A stretch of DNA of 64,000 nucleotides from Adineta vaga (lineage: Eukaryota; Animalia; Rotifera): positions 16,430,001-16,494,000 of the forward strand of contig CP075494.1 of assembly GCA_021613535.1 (NCBI GenBank), given 5' to 3'. The notes beneath the pieces were generated by a model that ran no database searches, was not told the DNA's origin, and saw nothing but the letters and a program-made list of their open reading frames with translations. Every line of letters begins with the position of its first letter. The first letter of the stretch is position 1. This document shows positions 36,290 through 50,184 of this stretch, piece by piece. A program made the translations under genes and the position numbers.

Positions 36290-39200
36290 ATGAACAGTTT
36301 AACAAGAGAACTAAGGACAGTCGTTACGAGACGAGCTGGAGAGCAAAATTCATCTCTCGAAGCACAACAGTTGATCGATGCAGGAGCTGATATAACAGTT
36401 CAAACAAAAGATGGATCGATGATTCATATTGTAATGAATGAAGAACGACAATTACGTCAGATACCAACTTTGTCGTGGAAAGCTGACAACTGTTTACTTT
36501 TAATTGGAGTTTTACAGAAACAAGCTTCTCGTTTACTTGCTGCACGAGTTCTTTCATCGAATGGTAATAATATCAATGAAATACGTCGATTAATTGAATT
36601 AGGAGCAAATACTTATCAATCAGATACATTTGGAGCTTTAGGTTTATTAGGTGATCTTCTTAAACAAGAACGAATACCAATCCTACTTGAAGTTATACAA
36701 ATATTGATCACAGGTGATCAACGTACATATGCTGGTTTAACTACTGAAAATGATTCTGGAGAAACATGTATATCAATTGCAAAAAGTAATCAAAAATGTA
36801 GTAAAGAAGTGATTGATTATTTACAATTCGAGTTCGATAAAATTCTTAATAAAGTACCTTCCTCTCAATCACCAATTAATATCAACGATGTAATGAATTG
36901 GATTCGACGAGGTGCAAATACAGAAATGACAGATGAGAAGGGTAATACAGTGCTTTCCAATGCTGTACTTACTAACAATCTGGATTTGGTTCGTATGTTG
37001 GTTTCTTGTGGTTGTAGTATATCTCATGTAAATGCTGAAAGACTTACACCATTAGATATAGCAGAAAAAGCGATACCTAAAAATCAATTACTTATCGCTG
37101 CTTTACAAATACAAAGTGTCAACATAGAATTACGAAAACTTATTGAAACGAAGAAATCACATCTGACTATTGCCAAGGTCAGTACACTGTTAAGCAATGG
37201 TGCTAATATCAATGCTTCGATAACCAACCATGGTTCTTTACTACATTTATTGATTGCCAACGAAGGTACACCAGAAATAATAACTGCTTTTGTGAATGAA
37301 TTCGATGCTGATATTAATATTATGGACACGAGAGGATATCGCCCTATTGAAATATGTGTTCTCATTGGAGAAAAACCGTTTGTTGTATTGAATACATTTC
37401 TCAAATTGTCGAAAGTAACGACTTCAATGTTTTTTAATTCAAAATTAAATAGAACATTACTACAGTTCGCAAATGAACATAAACGTACAGATGCAGCTAA
37501 TTTAATTCAAGAAATATTGAATGAACGCCTATGGATATATGTAATTGACAATGGTATGAAAGATATACTCAATGAAAATGTCATCATTGAAATCAAACAA
37601 CTTATAAATTATGGTGCACAAATTAATCATAAACATACAGATGAGAATTATCAAGAATGGACTGTTTTACATTGGGCTTGTCAAAAAACAAATAAAACTT
37701 TTGTTCAATTTCTTATTGAACAAATCAAAGCTAATTATTTGATACAAAATGGAAATGGTAATTATCCCATTGCTATTTCTAGTGAATATGGCAATTTGTC
37801 AATTGTTCAATATCTACGAGAATTACCTGAATCAAATTTGAATGTAACAAATAAAGATAATGAAACACCACTTCATTTAGCAACTAAAAATCATCATCTA
37901 TTAGTTGTTCGTTTTCTGATCCGATGGGGTGCTGATCCACAAGCTCAAGATTTAAGAAAAAGAACTGCACTCGATATTGCAAAGATCAATGTAACCAACA
38001 ATAAATTAGATGAATTAAATGCGAAGAAATTGTTAAGTTTTCTTGAACAACTTATTTGTCCTTCAATAAACAATTCAAAAACTAAATCAGAAACATCATC
38101 AAAAAAAGCCAATATTGATCAAGATACATGTGAATTAGTAAAGGCTATTCCGATAAAATCAATTCAAATTGGAGATACTGATCCAGAAAAAAGAGGTTCG
38201 AAAAGTTTAGGAATTCTTATGGGTACACCAAATGATAATCTACATGACGCTGTAAAAAGAGGTTCCGCACCTGAAGCGAACCAAGCTATTGGTCAAGGTG
38301 CAGATATTTGTTATCGAAAAAATGGTTTTACACCGTATCAAGTCGCATTACAAACAGCACATGAATGTTACACTAAACTACAATCATCAAATGTTACACT
38401 TATTGATCGTCAAAAGATTCAGGAAAAAATGCAATGGTGTCAACAAATAGCCAATACTATTTCGCAGATTGCTCTTACTAAAATGATTAAAGCAATTGAA
38501 CAATCTAATACTGGTCATGTAGTCGCATATCATATAGGTGGATCACCACTTACCCGTGAGTTACTTTATTGTACATGTTCATCATCTGACAATGTCGAAA
38601 TTGTTCATTATCTCACTGAACATAGTAAAGATGTTTTTCAATCACTTTACGATTATAATCGACCAGAATCTCCATATAAAACAGCAAAGAAAAACAAATT
38701 TTATCATGTAGCATCATATATCAAATATTTACTCTCTATTGCATGTACAAAAGCAATAAAAGAAAATAATTTATCATATGTAAAACAGCTTGTTCTTAGT
38801 GGAGCTAGTGTTGATACACAAGATACAAATAATCTTCAAGTTGCTTTGAAACATGAAAATATCAAATTAATTAGTTTTCTTTGTGATTATGGTGTTAAAA
38901 TGCCAAAAGAATGGTTAGAAACTCCAAATATTACTTTACCAATTGATATTACTCCAACAATGTCATCTGATATTATTGTTTGTATAAATCGATGTTTAAT
39001 TAATCGTCGACTTCGTTTTGCAGCAGCCGATGGAAATTTAATTGATGTTATTCGATGTCAACGTCTTGGATCAAATATTAATTCAATGAATTGTTATGGA
39101 TCAACAGCTGTACTGTGTTCTATTCAACATGGAAATTATTTTCCTATTATTTATTCATTAATTTCATGTGGAGCTTCAATGTTACATTATAATGAAGACG

Positions 39201-42200
39201 AACCAATGTCATTAATTGATATAGCTAAAAAGAAACAATATGATATGATTGCAGATTATTTAATGAGAGAATTAAATACTCAGTTTATCATATCAATTAT
39301 AAATGATGATCGAAAAAGTGCGGAAAAATTTCAAGAATTTGGCGTAGATTTTAATTATCAAGATGAACAAAAACGAACAGCATTACATTATGCTGTAAAA
39401 TATCATGGTATTGATCTTGTAAAATGGTTATGTGATCGAAGAAGTTTACCTATATCAGCTGATGTCAATGGGGATTATCCAATTATTTTAGCAACACAAA
39501 AAGGTTCGTTTTTTTTTATTTATTTGAAGTTTTCAATTAATGATCCTTGTTTTATTTCTAAAGGTGATTATCCTGTTGTAGAATTCTTCATTCTCAAATA
39601 TCCGGCTACAAGAACGCAAACTAATCAAGCTGGTCTTACAGCTTTACAAATAGCACAACAACATAGGTATGGACGAATTGTACAACTTATCGAAACTGGT
39701 AAACCGGTGATTTCATCTGATGATGATAAAAAACCACAAGGTCCAAAATATACACTTTCACGACTTCGACAAGCTGTTCGAACAAGTCAAATTGATATTA
39801 TTCGAGAATTTCGTGAAGAAACTTATGACTCATTAGATGAAAAACGACGAATATGTTATGAAATTGTACAATTAGCTGAAAATTGTAAACAATTTCAAAT
39901 TTTAGATATTCTTAAACCATATTTTGAGAATGATCTTAAACAAAATCTCTCATCAAATGTTGCTATTGGTGATGTAGTTACATTAAATAAAACATATAAA
40001 CCAATTCTTTTAGGATTTTTAACTGGATTAGGTAATGTTATTACTGATTGTCATATTTCACTTGATCCAAATGATCCAAAAACTTATGAAAATCTTTTCT
40101 CTAGTCTTGGATCAAAATTAGTTGCACGATTGAAACAATTAAAAAAAGTTGAAAATGAACAAGATATAAAGAAAGTTTATCAACAAGATTCAAAGCATAT
40201 GAAAGAAAAATTAAATAAAATAAGAGAAGAACTTGAAAAATTAGAAGAAACAAAAAAAGAAACAATATTTCGTATATAAGAACATAATGATCAAATTTCA
40301 AAAGAAAAAGATTTATCTGCATTACAAAGAAAATCTTTATTTGAAAAAAAAGAAGAATTTGAAAAACAATTAATTGCATATGAATGTTCAATTTCTCTTT
40401 ATCAACGTGAGCAAGAATCGATCTTAAATCGACAAAATAAACTTGAATTTATGAAAAATGATTTTAGTTCATATTTATTTTATCAAACTATTGAAAATCG
40501 TTTAGAATCTTTATTTCAGAATGTTCTTGCTGCACAATCAGGTCAATCACAAATAACCAAGAATTCAACAACAACAACAACAACAACAGCATCTATTAAA
40601 ACAGTATCATCATCATCAGCACTTCTAGCATTTTGTAAGTACAATGTTTATTATCTTTAAATATAGAATTTAATATTTTGTGAAACACGATCTGAAAGAG
40701 AGTGTTGAAGTGTTTATGGGCAGAAATTTGCACTCATCCCCCTCCCCCACAGACCTGACCGACAAAATTTGTCAAAACCAATGCATTTACCCATCACAGA
40801 CGTAACCGACAGAGGGATTTCGGCATCACAGACGTGACAGACAGGGGGAAACTAATACCACAGACGTGACCGCTGAACTGACTGCCCCGTCAATACCTCA
40901 TAGTGAAACTAACGAAGACCATATTTGTCTATTATATTCAGACTGACGATCACGAATGTATTGAAATATTCTTTATTAATAAAAGATGAGGTGAGTTAAA
41001 AAGAAAAGTGTTGAATCTGGAAATATTTCTGTGTGAGAGAAAACGTTCATTAGAGCTCACTATTATTGAAATTGCAAATGATAATGTGAGAGAGCTTCAT
41101 CGTGTTTCACATTTTTAATCTCGTAAGGGATTACGCTGAAAGCTTTTTCCATTGGAATGAATTTAATTGAGAAAATAAAAGAGTTATTTACTATATTGAT
41201 AAGATTAATTATAGTTCTACGATAGAATTGTGTATAACTAATATGTTTCTTTATATATCTAGCTGATGTGATTTTAAGTGCAGTGAAAGAAACATTTAAT
41301 AAAATATTATCAAAATTAAATCAAAAAGAACAAAAACAAGAATATGATAATATTTCTACGATTGGAACTATTGCAGAAATTAATCGAATCGCATCAGATA
41401 CAGCTGGACTTATGACATTATATTATAAAGAACAAATACAATCTATTGATACAAGTTGTAAAATAACCGGAACTAATCCTTATAATGATCAATTTAATTG
41501 GATAAAAGATATTTTTATAAATATTCCAGATGAAACAACAGAAGATATTCCTATTGTTTTTATTGCTGATTATATAACAGCATGGATTATTCATGTTCTC
41601 AAAGCTAATAGAAAAGAAATCAAATTAGACAAACCATTAGCACAACAACTGTGGTATTTAATTGCCAAAACTAATCCTATTGAACAAGAAACGTTAAATA
41701 AAATATCTGACGTCGTCAGTATAAAAGCAGGACAACAAATAATTCCTTTAAAAAGGAAAAAGAAGAATATAAACAATGAAGAAAATACAATGTATGTGCA
41801 ATTACAATATCTCATTGGTTGTGTATCAATTGTAGGTCTTAAAGGAGAAATCTATCAATATTCAATCTCTCCTGAACAATTAACTAAAGAAGATTTTAAT
41901 GATATTGATATTTTTGGTTATGTTTATATTTCATTATTTTCTTCCGATGAAAATATACTTCAATCTATTGTTTCAGAAAGAAAAATGAAATTAGCCATGA
42001 GAAATGATCAAAACGATATTGTTACAAAACTTAATGAAATGAAACAACTTGCAACAGTATTCAATCTCGAGGAAATGGAACAAGCAAGTCAATCCTATAT
42101 TACAAAAGATACAATTAAACAGATAGCAGAAGTTTTGCGTGATCAAAAGACATTTGTCAATGCATCAGATGTAAAAGATGAATTAGTTAAAGCTCGAAAA

Positions 42201-43079
42201 GTAATTAGTTTTAATGTTGATGCTTTAAAAGAAGATATTGAAAAGAAAGTTGAATTCTATCAAACATCAATTAATGCTGCACACGAACAAATTCAACAAG
42301 AATCGATGAAAAATCGAAAAACTATGGAAAAAGATAATGAAGAACGATATAATCAATCAATAAACAAATTATATCAACAATTGAAAGAAATAAAAATCAA
42401 TTTGGATGAAATGATTAATCAACGTATGAATACCATTGAAGCCGAAATGCGAACTAGAACAGAAGAAATATTAACTATTTCAAAAGCAGCCAAAGAGCAT
42501 TCTAATGACGCACTTATTCAAGCCAAACAAGCTGCTCGAGATAGTGAAAAATCTGCAAAATCAAGCGAAGAAAATACGAAATATTCTCAGCAACTGGTAC
42601 AGTCGACAGAACAACGTCGGCAAGAATTGCAATCAGTTAGTAATCACTGTGAACAAAGAATCGAAAGAACAACTGCAGAACTGAAGCATTCATTTGAACA
42701 AAATGTCTTAGAAATTCGTGCTCGATTTGAAAAAGAACTTGATCATGCTAAACGAGTAACGATGGAAATGGCTACAAATGCTAAAGAATCCTCAAAAGCT
42801 GCTCAAGAGACAATGTCAAGTGCTCGAGATCTTACGAAAAGAACGAACGAGCAACTTCAAATTCAGAAAGCAGAATCAAAGAAAATGTTGTCAGAAGCGC
42901 ACGAGGCACAGCGATACAGTGAACGATCAGCAGACTTTTCTAAAGAGGCTGAAAAACATACGAGACGAGCAGTAGAAACAAACACAACAGAACTCAACAA
43001 ATTAACTGAAATGTTTAAAAAAATGCAGGAAACAATACAAAGACTAGAGAAATTGGAGAAAAAACTCGAATCTAAATAA
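36290..43079 (+). CDS. Large ankyrin-repeat protein with coiled-coil C-terminus; one in-frame TAA at 40277-40279
   Basis: Many ankyrin repeats (GNTVL, ETPLHLA, RTALHYA, GA.IN). Introns 39504-39563 and 40635-41262 keep the frame. ORFs 36290 and 40451 share a frame and are separated by a single stop. Confidence 0.85.
40748..40875. repeat. Four direct repeats of ~17 bp (CACAGACGTGACCGACA) with dissimilar spacers, intronic
   Basis: Copies start at 40748, 40795, 40827 and 40859 (spacing 47, 32, 32). Confidence 0.75.
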
Positions 43080-43195
43080 TAAAAACGTTTTATCATTGAA
43101 AGACAGATCGATCTATTTTTTGTCTTGAAGAAAACACTGTTCAAATTGATTTATCTATCGATTGATTTTTTGTTGAAACATAAATTAATAATAAA

Positions 43196-43250
43196 ATCTT
43201 AAGGGTGCGGGTGTAGGTTAGGGAATATAGTCTAACCCACACCCTTTAAT
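43196..43250. repeat. Telomere-repeat palindrome, class C spacer in reverse orientation
   Basis: ATCTTAAGGGTGCGGGTGTAGGT-TAGGGAATATAGTCTA-ACCCACACCCTTTAAT. Confidence 0.85.
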
Positions 43251-43333
43251 CGCCGACCTTTCGACTCTATGATGGATATCAAAGTAATACTTGACATAAA
43301 TTTTCTTTTCGTAAAGAATACACCATTCAATTA

Positions 43334-44930
43334 CAGTGGTGGCAAAAAGTTTCGTGACACTTGTAAATTACCTCCTAAAATTTTATATTGAATTGAATTG
43401 GAACTCTATTCATATGTCTGGTATAATTACTAGTAGACCTTTCATAATTTATTCAGAAATCAAAAAACAAATCATTTCATCATAAAAAAAAATCAACAGG
43501 AAATACCTTCAGCGGCAAAAAGTTTCGTGACAAAAACTATTAATGTATAAAAACAAATCAAAATGATTTTCGAAATCTTATAATTCAATAATCTATGCAT
43601 TTGCCACGTGCTTTGATACAATTATGTATCCGCTGTGGCATTGAAAATACAAGTTTTTCACACAACTCTGGTGTTATATTCAACCATTCGGCAGATAAAC
43701 CATTGATTAATTCTTTAATCGAAGACATTCGTCTGGATTTTAATTTATTATCGATAATCGACCATAATTGTTCGATGGGGTTAAGGTCAGGTGATTTCGC
43801 TGGCCATTGAAGTACTTTAACATTTAATTCTTGTAATTTTTCTTGAGTTTTATTTGAAGTATGATAACGGGCATTATCATGTTGGAACATAAAATCATTT
43901 TCGAAACCATACATTTGGACAGTTGGAACTAAATAATTGTCTAGGATGTTGCAATAGACGTCACTATTCGTATTTTCAGAATAAATCCTGAAACAACCTG
44001 CTCCTTTCCATGTAATAACACCCCAAAAGCCAGCACGACCTCCACCACCAGTAGCAGCAACAGCCATACAACCTTCTCGCCATTTTTCATCTTTTGTACG
44101 CCATATTTTTGTTTCACTTTTACGTTTAATAACATAAAAAGTCGACTCGTCACTGAATAAAACCTTCTTCCAATCATCAACAGTCCAATTCGAATGTTCT
44201 AAACACCATTGTAATCGAGCATTTCGATGTTGTTTATTGAGATATGGTTTTTCAACTTTAACTTTAAATTCATATCCGAATTTTTGTAAATAATTTATAA
44301 CTGTTCTTCTACAGACTGGTTTTTCTAATGATTCATTCAATTTAAGCATCAATTCCCTTGATGAACTTCGATTAGCATCATCTTGAACCAAATGTTTTAA
44401 CATACGAATATCACGATCATTGAGTTTTTTCGGTCTACCCGACCGAGAACGATCTTGAAAACCGCCTGTTTCATCAAATCGTTCCAAAGAACGTTGTACT
44501 GAAGCCCGAGAAACACCAATATCTATAGCAATGGCGCGATATGACATACCAGCATTTCTCAACGCAATGCATTGAGCCCGTTGATATTCACGAATATGTG
44601 ACTGTGTCATATTATTTTGTCAAAGAAAAATTCCCACTTAATTATTGGTACATAGTCTTTTTCTATCGATTGGTAGATGTCGCACTTCAGTTGGATTGGT
44701 TATTGACCAATAGTCTTATAAATAATGATAGTGTCACGAAACTTTTTGCCGCTGAAGGTATTTCCTGTTGATTTTTTTTTATGATGAAATCATTTGTTTT
44801 TTGATTTCTGAATAAATTATGAAAGGTCTACTAGTAATTATACCAGACATATGAATAGAGTTCCAATTCAATTCAATATAAAATTTTAGGAGGTAATTTA
44901 CAAGTGTCACGAAACTTTTTGCCACCACTG
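43334..44930 (-). mobile_element. Full-length Tc1-family DNA transposon, IR/DR type
   Basis: 199-bp TIRs (43334-43532 and 44732-44930, one mismatch seen) start CAGTGG and each contains GGCAAAAAGTTTCGTGACA twice; TA on both flanks. Confidence 0.97.
43585..44610 (-). CDS. Tc1 transposase (DD34E)
   Basis: HTH and GRPKK, FSDES, FQHDNARYH, WPAKSPDLNPIE; 34 residues between the second D and E; uninterrupted 341 aa. Confidence 0.96.
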   Translation of the reverse strand: MTQSHIREYQRAQCIALRNAGMSYRAIAIDIGVSRASVQRSLERFDETGGFQDRSRSGRPKKLNDRDIRMLKHLVQDDANRSSSRELMLKLNESLEKPVCRRTVINYLQKFGYEFKVKVEKPYLNKQHRNARLQWCLEHSNWTVDDWKKVLFSDESTFYVIKRKSETKIWRTKDEKWREGCMAVAATGGGGRAGFWGVITWKGAGCFRIYSENTNSDVYCNILDNYLVPTVQMYGFENDFMFQHDNARYHTSNKTQEKLQELNVKVLQWPAKSPDLNPIEQLWSIIDNKLKSRRMSSIKELINGLSAEWLNITPELCEKLVFSMPQRIHNCIKARGKCIDY

Positions 44931-46330
44931 TAGATATTTGAAATAAAAGGAAGAACTTTTGCTTTTATTGCATCAGTTTTTTTGTGATGCGTCGTGAAAA
45001 ACAAGGTAAGATATGTTTATAATTATATTATCGAAAATGATGTCATACGTGAATTGTACTATTGATGAAAAATTACACTATACACATTGAAAGCATATAT
45101 AAGAAAGATATAAAGATGATTTTTTAGTGTACTGAAAAAACATGAGTAAACTATTATAATCGGTCAGTGTGTCCGTCTCTCCCTTTACACGACAACTCTT
45201 CACCACTACGTTCAATTGAACTGAAACTCTGTGCACATAATTGTCATTATAAGCCAGACCATCCCTAGCGATAGGAAGATGCAGAGATTTTTTTATCAAA
45301 ATTATTTATAATATATACGAATCGACTCACTTTTTAACGTTGATTTAATGATGTGTTCTACATCATGTTCAGTATTTTGAGCAGATGCACCAACATAATT
45401 ATTAGGGTCATTCCATGATGATGTATTACCATAGTAGCCATCGAATCAGACGATGTAGACTGAGTGATTGATGATGAGGAACGTCGAGTATTTGTTGGTT
45501 AGGATAAACCAGTTGGATCAAAACGAAGATTAACTAATAAACCATCACTGAAATAAGCCAAAAACTGGTTATTACTTCTTAATTAATAATAATCTTTTTG
45601 TATTTATCTAATAACCTCAAGTGCTGCTCGATTTGTCATTCGTTCCATCATATGTGGGTAAGCAATAAGCATTTGTTCATATACTTCTGGATTAATTGAA
45701 ACACATAATATTGTAGCATTCGAGATATCAAATCGGGTGAACTGCCAGAGGTATCAGTCGGAATTATTGAAACTGCTTGCTGTGTTCTCGTGATTAAGTA
45801 TTTGTTAAAGCAGTAGAATATTGTTGTATTTTCTATGTAAAAAAACAGGAGAAAACTTTTGTTACTGATAAATATATTGGTTCTCGTACATTTTTTCATC
45901 TAAATTTCAAATCAAATTATTATTCATTTTCTGAAAAATATCTTCATCATATTGACGATTGTCATTTAACATTTTTCCTTGACTTTTTAAAATTTGCTCG
46001 GCATGAAGAAAACAGTATCACGGTAAAAACTAGTTCTTACCAATGCAAATTCTAATTCACGTATTTTTTCCAGCTATAGTGCTGCTTCGATTTTTGCTTT
46101 ATCAACTACTCATTGAATCATGTCCGTCTGATTGTATATTTCGCGTATACAAGTGGTAAAAATAGTTTATTCTAAATAGGTATGTTTATCATACATCTAA
46201 TTTAGTCGCATGAATACCTTTATATATACTTTTGCTTTTTATTCTATAGTTAAAGGTAGAGAAAGAAAGTAAAGCATAGCAACAGTAAGTAGTTAAAATG
46301 AATCGGTCATTTTTCTTTTCTTTTCGTTTA

Positions 46331-46397
46331 ATTTGAGGGTGGGTGTGGGTATGGGTAAGAGTGAGGGAATGGCAGATATCAATATCCACACTCTCAA
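46331..46397. repeat. Telomere-repeat palindrome
   Basis: ATTTGAGGGTGGGTGTGGGTATGGGT...ATCCACACTCTCAA. Confidence 0.85.
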
Positions 46398-46790
46398 CTA
46401 TTTCATAGAACTAAAGGTGAGAGAATTGATGGTATACCGAAGAGTGCTTTTGATGATCGTTAATTATTATGCTGTTGGCATGTATGGTAAGAATTTTTAT
46501 GCATTAAAATTCGATATTTTTTTCGTTTCTGCAGACCGTGGTGATTACTTTGCCGATAATCCACTGAAAGCTTGTGGTTTTACGAGTTCAGATCCAAAAA
46601 ACAGAAATGCACATGTTATGTTCTATAGTACAGTCATTATAGGAAGATCTTATATATTAACAGCAGAAAAGAAAGATTTAATGGCAACACCAGAAGCCTT
46701 CTATTCAGTCATTGGAAAACATTCACACAAACAGAATATATCGTTTATCGTTATGGACATGCTGTTCCATATTTAAAAATAATCTACCAA
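46398..46790 (+). pseudogene. PARP (H-Y-E, tankyrase-like) catalytic-domain fragment
   Basis: LFHRTKGERIDGIPKSAFDDR (compare LFHGT..GFD), then GMY-intron-DRGDYFADNPLK, VMFYSTVIIG, YSVIG, and TEYIVYRYGHAVPYLKIIY; frameshifts; no 5' part. Confidence 0.8.
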
Positions 46791-47040
46791 GGTGGATAGT
46801 CGTTCCATTTGATTTATATCAAATAAACATAAAATTGCTTTTGGTGTATGTTTTTCGTAAGAAAAAAAATAAAACAAAAAATAGGAATTTCAACTGATTA
46901 GAATAAATAAAAAAGAGAGAAAAATCAATGGTTTTTTATTGCCTTGTGAATGTATATGTTACATAAGTGTAATATTCGAAAATTGAACTTAAATATTGTA
47001 TATGATGCGTTATAGCAAATTTCAGAAAATTCATTTCAGT

Positions 47041-47139
47041 GTTCTTCAAAGAAGAATACCCAGACAGGCATGACCTCTAAAGATACGCGTATTTCACTGT
47101 TTTTTTCGAGTTTTGTCTGTCTGGGTATAATGGAAGAAC
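47041..47139. repeat. Short inverted repeat (hairpin or MITE remnant)
   Basis: GTTCTTC..ATACCCAGACAGGCA versus TGTCTGTCTGGGTAT..GAAGAAC. Confidence 0.5.
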
Positions 47140-47653
47140 TATGCCTGATGTTATTTATATACATGTGACAGCAATTGAATTTCGTAATTCTAATGGATCT
47201 GAAGAATATTAAATATTTTTATGAATTGAGTTTTTCTATTTAATATTTGATTTAAGATATGTTATCAAGGCACATAATGTACAAATGATAATTTATGAGT
47301 ATCTGCATCAACTGCATTGAAAGATACTTTAACTGTAACAATGACTGCCCCAAGTTCATGTGTATCAAAAACAATTTATGACGTAAAACTCCTTATGAAT
47401 TCAAACAAGCAGTTAGTTATTTATAGTTCCACAGATGAATGTCTTCCATCACCTCCATATCTTAAAGTATTTTAATTTTTTATAATTTTAAAATAAAAAA
47501 CAGTTGAATACATCACTCAATTTTTATATAATTTCACTTTATATTTCTATCATATTATTATTTATTCATCTAAAAAACGTCAAAATAATTTAATGAAATC
47601 TTTAAACATGACATAGTATATTGTATCTATTTCCATATGCATCAATGAATTTA

Positions 47654-47737
47654 ATTGAGGGTGTGGGTGTGGGTGTGGACATGAATACTGTACTCTAATC
47701 CGCTCTCACTTTTACACCCACACCAACTCTCGAGATG
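47654..47737. repeat. Telomere-repeat palindrome
   Basis: ATTGAGGGTGTGGGTGTGGGTGTGG...ACACCCACACCAACTCTCGAGATG. Confidence 0.88.
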
Positions 47738-48150
47738 CGATAAATACGTGACCTGTGGAAAATTTCTCGGGAAGTAAAATATGCACAGTAAGTTGGTAAA
47801 AATCAATCTAGAAAGAGAACGATAAGAAAGAAAATTGTTTTTTTTGCTGTTTGCATTTTCAGAAGAAATCATAAAAATCGTCGACAGCACATTTTTCAGA
47901 ATATTAACCACAGGGTGCACTTGAAAATGAAAAGAATTTGTTTAAAAATACAGATAAAAGCGCTCGGAAGTAGCAAAGAATAATTGGAATTTTCCAACAT
48001 ACTAAAACGTTATATAATAGAAACTGAGCTAGAACAGAATTATACACACAAAGAAATTCTGTATGTACACAAATACTCTTTTTGATAGACGTTCTAGCAA
48101 CAATGATATTACTATTGATTTTAATGTAGTGTAGCGAAATAATATATCCA

Positions 48151-50184
48151 ATGGTTGATCTAATAAACGTCATTATTATAGGAGAAAGTGGATCTGGTGG
48201 GTTTTCTTTTTTAATATGCTTATTGATATAAACTATTGTTATTTTCACAGGAAAAAGTACGTTAATAAACTATTTGACCAATTTCTTTCTGAATGGAACT
48301 GTAGGAAAACCTAAAATTGCAATTCCAAACAGATATTTTAAGAAAGCAACCGAACACTTCGACTTCAACGAAAAATCATTATCTGATAATAGTATAAATA
48401 AGACGGTTATTTGTCAAGAATACAGGTTCCAACAGGATGATAATACGTATCGTTTTATCGATACGCCAGGCATCAGTCATACAAATGGATTAGAACAAGA
48501 CAAAAAGAATATGCGAAACATTATTGAAATGATAGTAAAAGTAAAACAATTAAGCGCTATCATCTTGGTTATAAATGGAACACAATCACGCATTACAACA
48601 AGTGTTCAAAACGTTCTTCAAAGTTTTCGACAGCAGTTATCGAATAATCTATTAAATAATTTAATTGTGATTTTGACAAACTGCCGTGGCTTTTCTGCGA
48701 ACTTTGACCCAAAACAAAATGGTCTTTCTGCAAACTGCGAAATTTTTCATATGCAAAACTCAGCATTCTCAAGTGATCCAAAAGAACGAACCTCAAAACA
48801 AAAGGAGACAGTTCAAGAGGATTGGGCGATCTCTTTCGAGACGGTACAAGAGATTTTATCATTCATCAAGTCACGTGTAATTGTTCAGACGAATACAATT
48901 GCTGCAATGCAGAATACTCGAGATGGAATTTTCAGTTTTTTCCATGAGACGCGAATCATTATAATGCAGCTGCGAGATGTAGAGCTGGCTCTAGATGAAA
49001 TAGAAACGCGACATATTTCGCCATTCGATACAAGAAACCAGACAGAGCAGAAGGAAGTTTCTACTTTGGACGTTCAGTCTGTTCATCACATAAATTTAAT
49101 ATGTCGACGATGCAATGAAGTATGTCACGAACGCTGTAACATACAGGAGCAAAAGGAATGTGGACAACGAGGTTTGTTAGCTTGCCATTCTCTAAAAGGT
49201 GGCAAATGTCATAAGTGTCATTGTTCATATGAAGATCATTACCACGATCGTAAGAGCTTTAAAAAATGTCATCGGAAGGTGACTGAGATCGTAGTTAATT
49301 TACAGAATCTTAATAGTCGAGTGAATACTCCTTGTCAAAGCTTAAAGCAAATCTATCAGCTACTGGACGAATCTCTAAACAGAATATATGAGAAAATCGA
49401 AAACTATTGTCGAGATTTGCAGCATGCATGTAGTAATATTAATATAGTAAATGAACTTTTTCATTTCATCGAGTTTTTAAAAAAAGATTGCGATTATGCA
49501 AAGTTAGTTTCTTTCAGACGAAAAATCGAGCAGTTCATCAAACGTATAAAGCACTTATGCGAAGAATTAAGTGAGAATATAAATCAGATCGTACCCGGCG
49601 CAAAGAATAATCAATGGCCAACAAACAACAATAGGCCTAGATCTTCACATCATATTTCACGTTCGAAAAATAAGATACCTGAGAACGATGATCAGATGGA
49701 AGAATACGAGCATTATCCTGTCGGAGAGAGTGAAGAATTATCAAGTATTTGTAAGCAAACGTCAACGAAGATTTCATCTAATAAAACAGAAAATAATAAT
49801 AATCAAGAAAGTAGCAATGCAAAGGATAACATCGAAACCATTGAGGAATACTCCACTGTTCAATTATTGAACAAATACAATGCGAGTTTGGAAAAAAATG
49901 ATACTAATGGATTAGATTGTTTACTTCGAGAATTGAAAAAGAGATGCAAAGGTGAATCTATCGGATATCTTTCGAAGAAACAGCAGATTCAGTTGTGTAA
50001 GTTTTATAAAAATGGTAGTGATATGACTCAAGAGGTACGGAATGCTATGGCATTTAAGTTAACAAAATATATAGATAAGGTTATAGATTTCGACGTATGT
50101 AAAATTGAAATTATACCTGAAGATACATTACTTCAGCTAGCAAGTATACATCTTTTAGCCGAAGATGTCGATAGATTTGAATAG
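48151..50184 (+). CDS. AIG1/septin-like P-loop GTPase with Cys/His-rich insert (paralog 1)
   Basis: Exon 1 MVDLINVIIIGESGSG, intron 48197-48250, then KSTLINY; FIDTPG; CxxC..CH..C..C..CxxC.C..H.H cluster; coiled coil. Confidence 0.85.

Noticed and set aside
33847-40279. Alternative genetic code (TAA = Gln) to explain in-frame stops
   Set aside because: TAA ends several intact genes here (for example the F-box and ankyrin genes), CAA is abundant, and long ORFs are otherwise free of TAA.
40748-40875. CRISPR array
   Set aside because: Repeats are short and degenerate, spacers are only about 15-30 bp, there are no cas genes, and the context is a eukaryotic intron.
45078-45299. Possible catalase C-terminal remnant (LPIARDG..DNY)
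   Set aside because: Similarity is too short to support without a database search.
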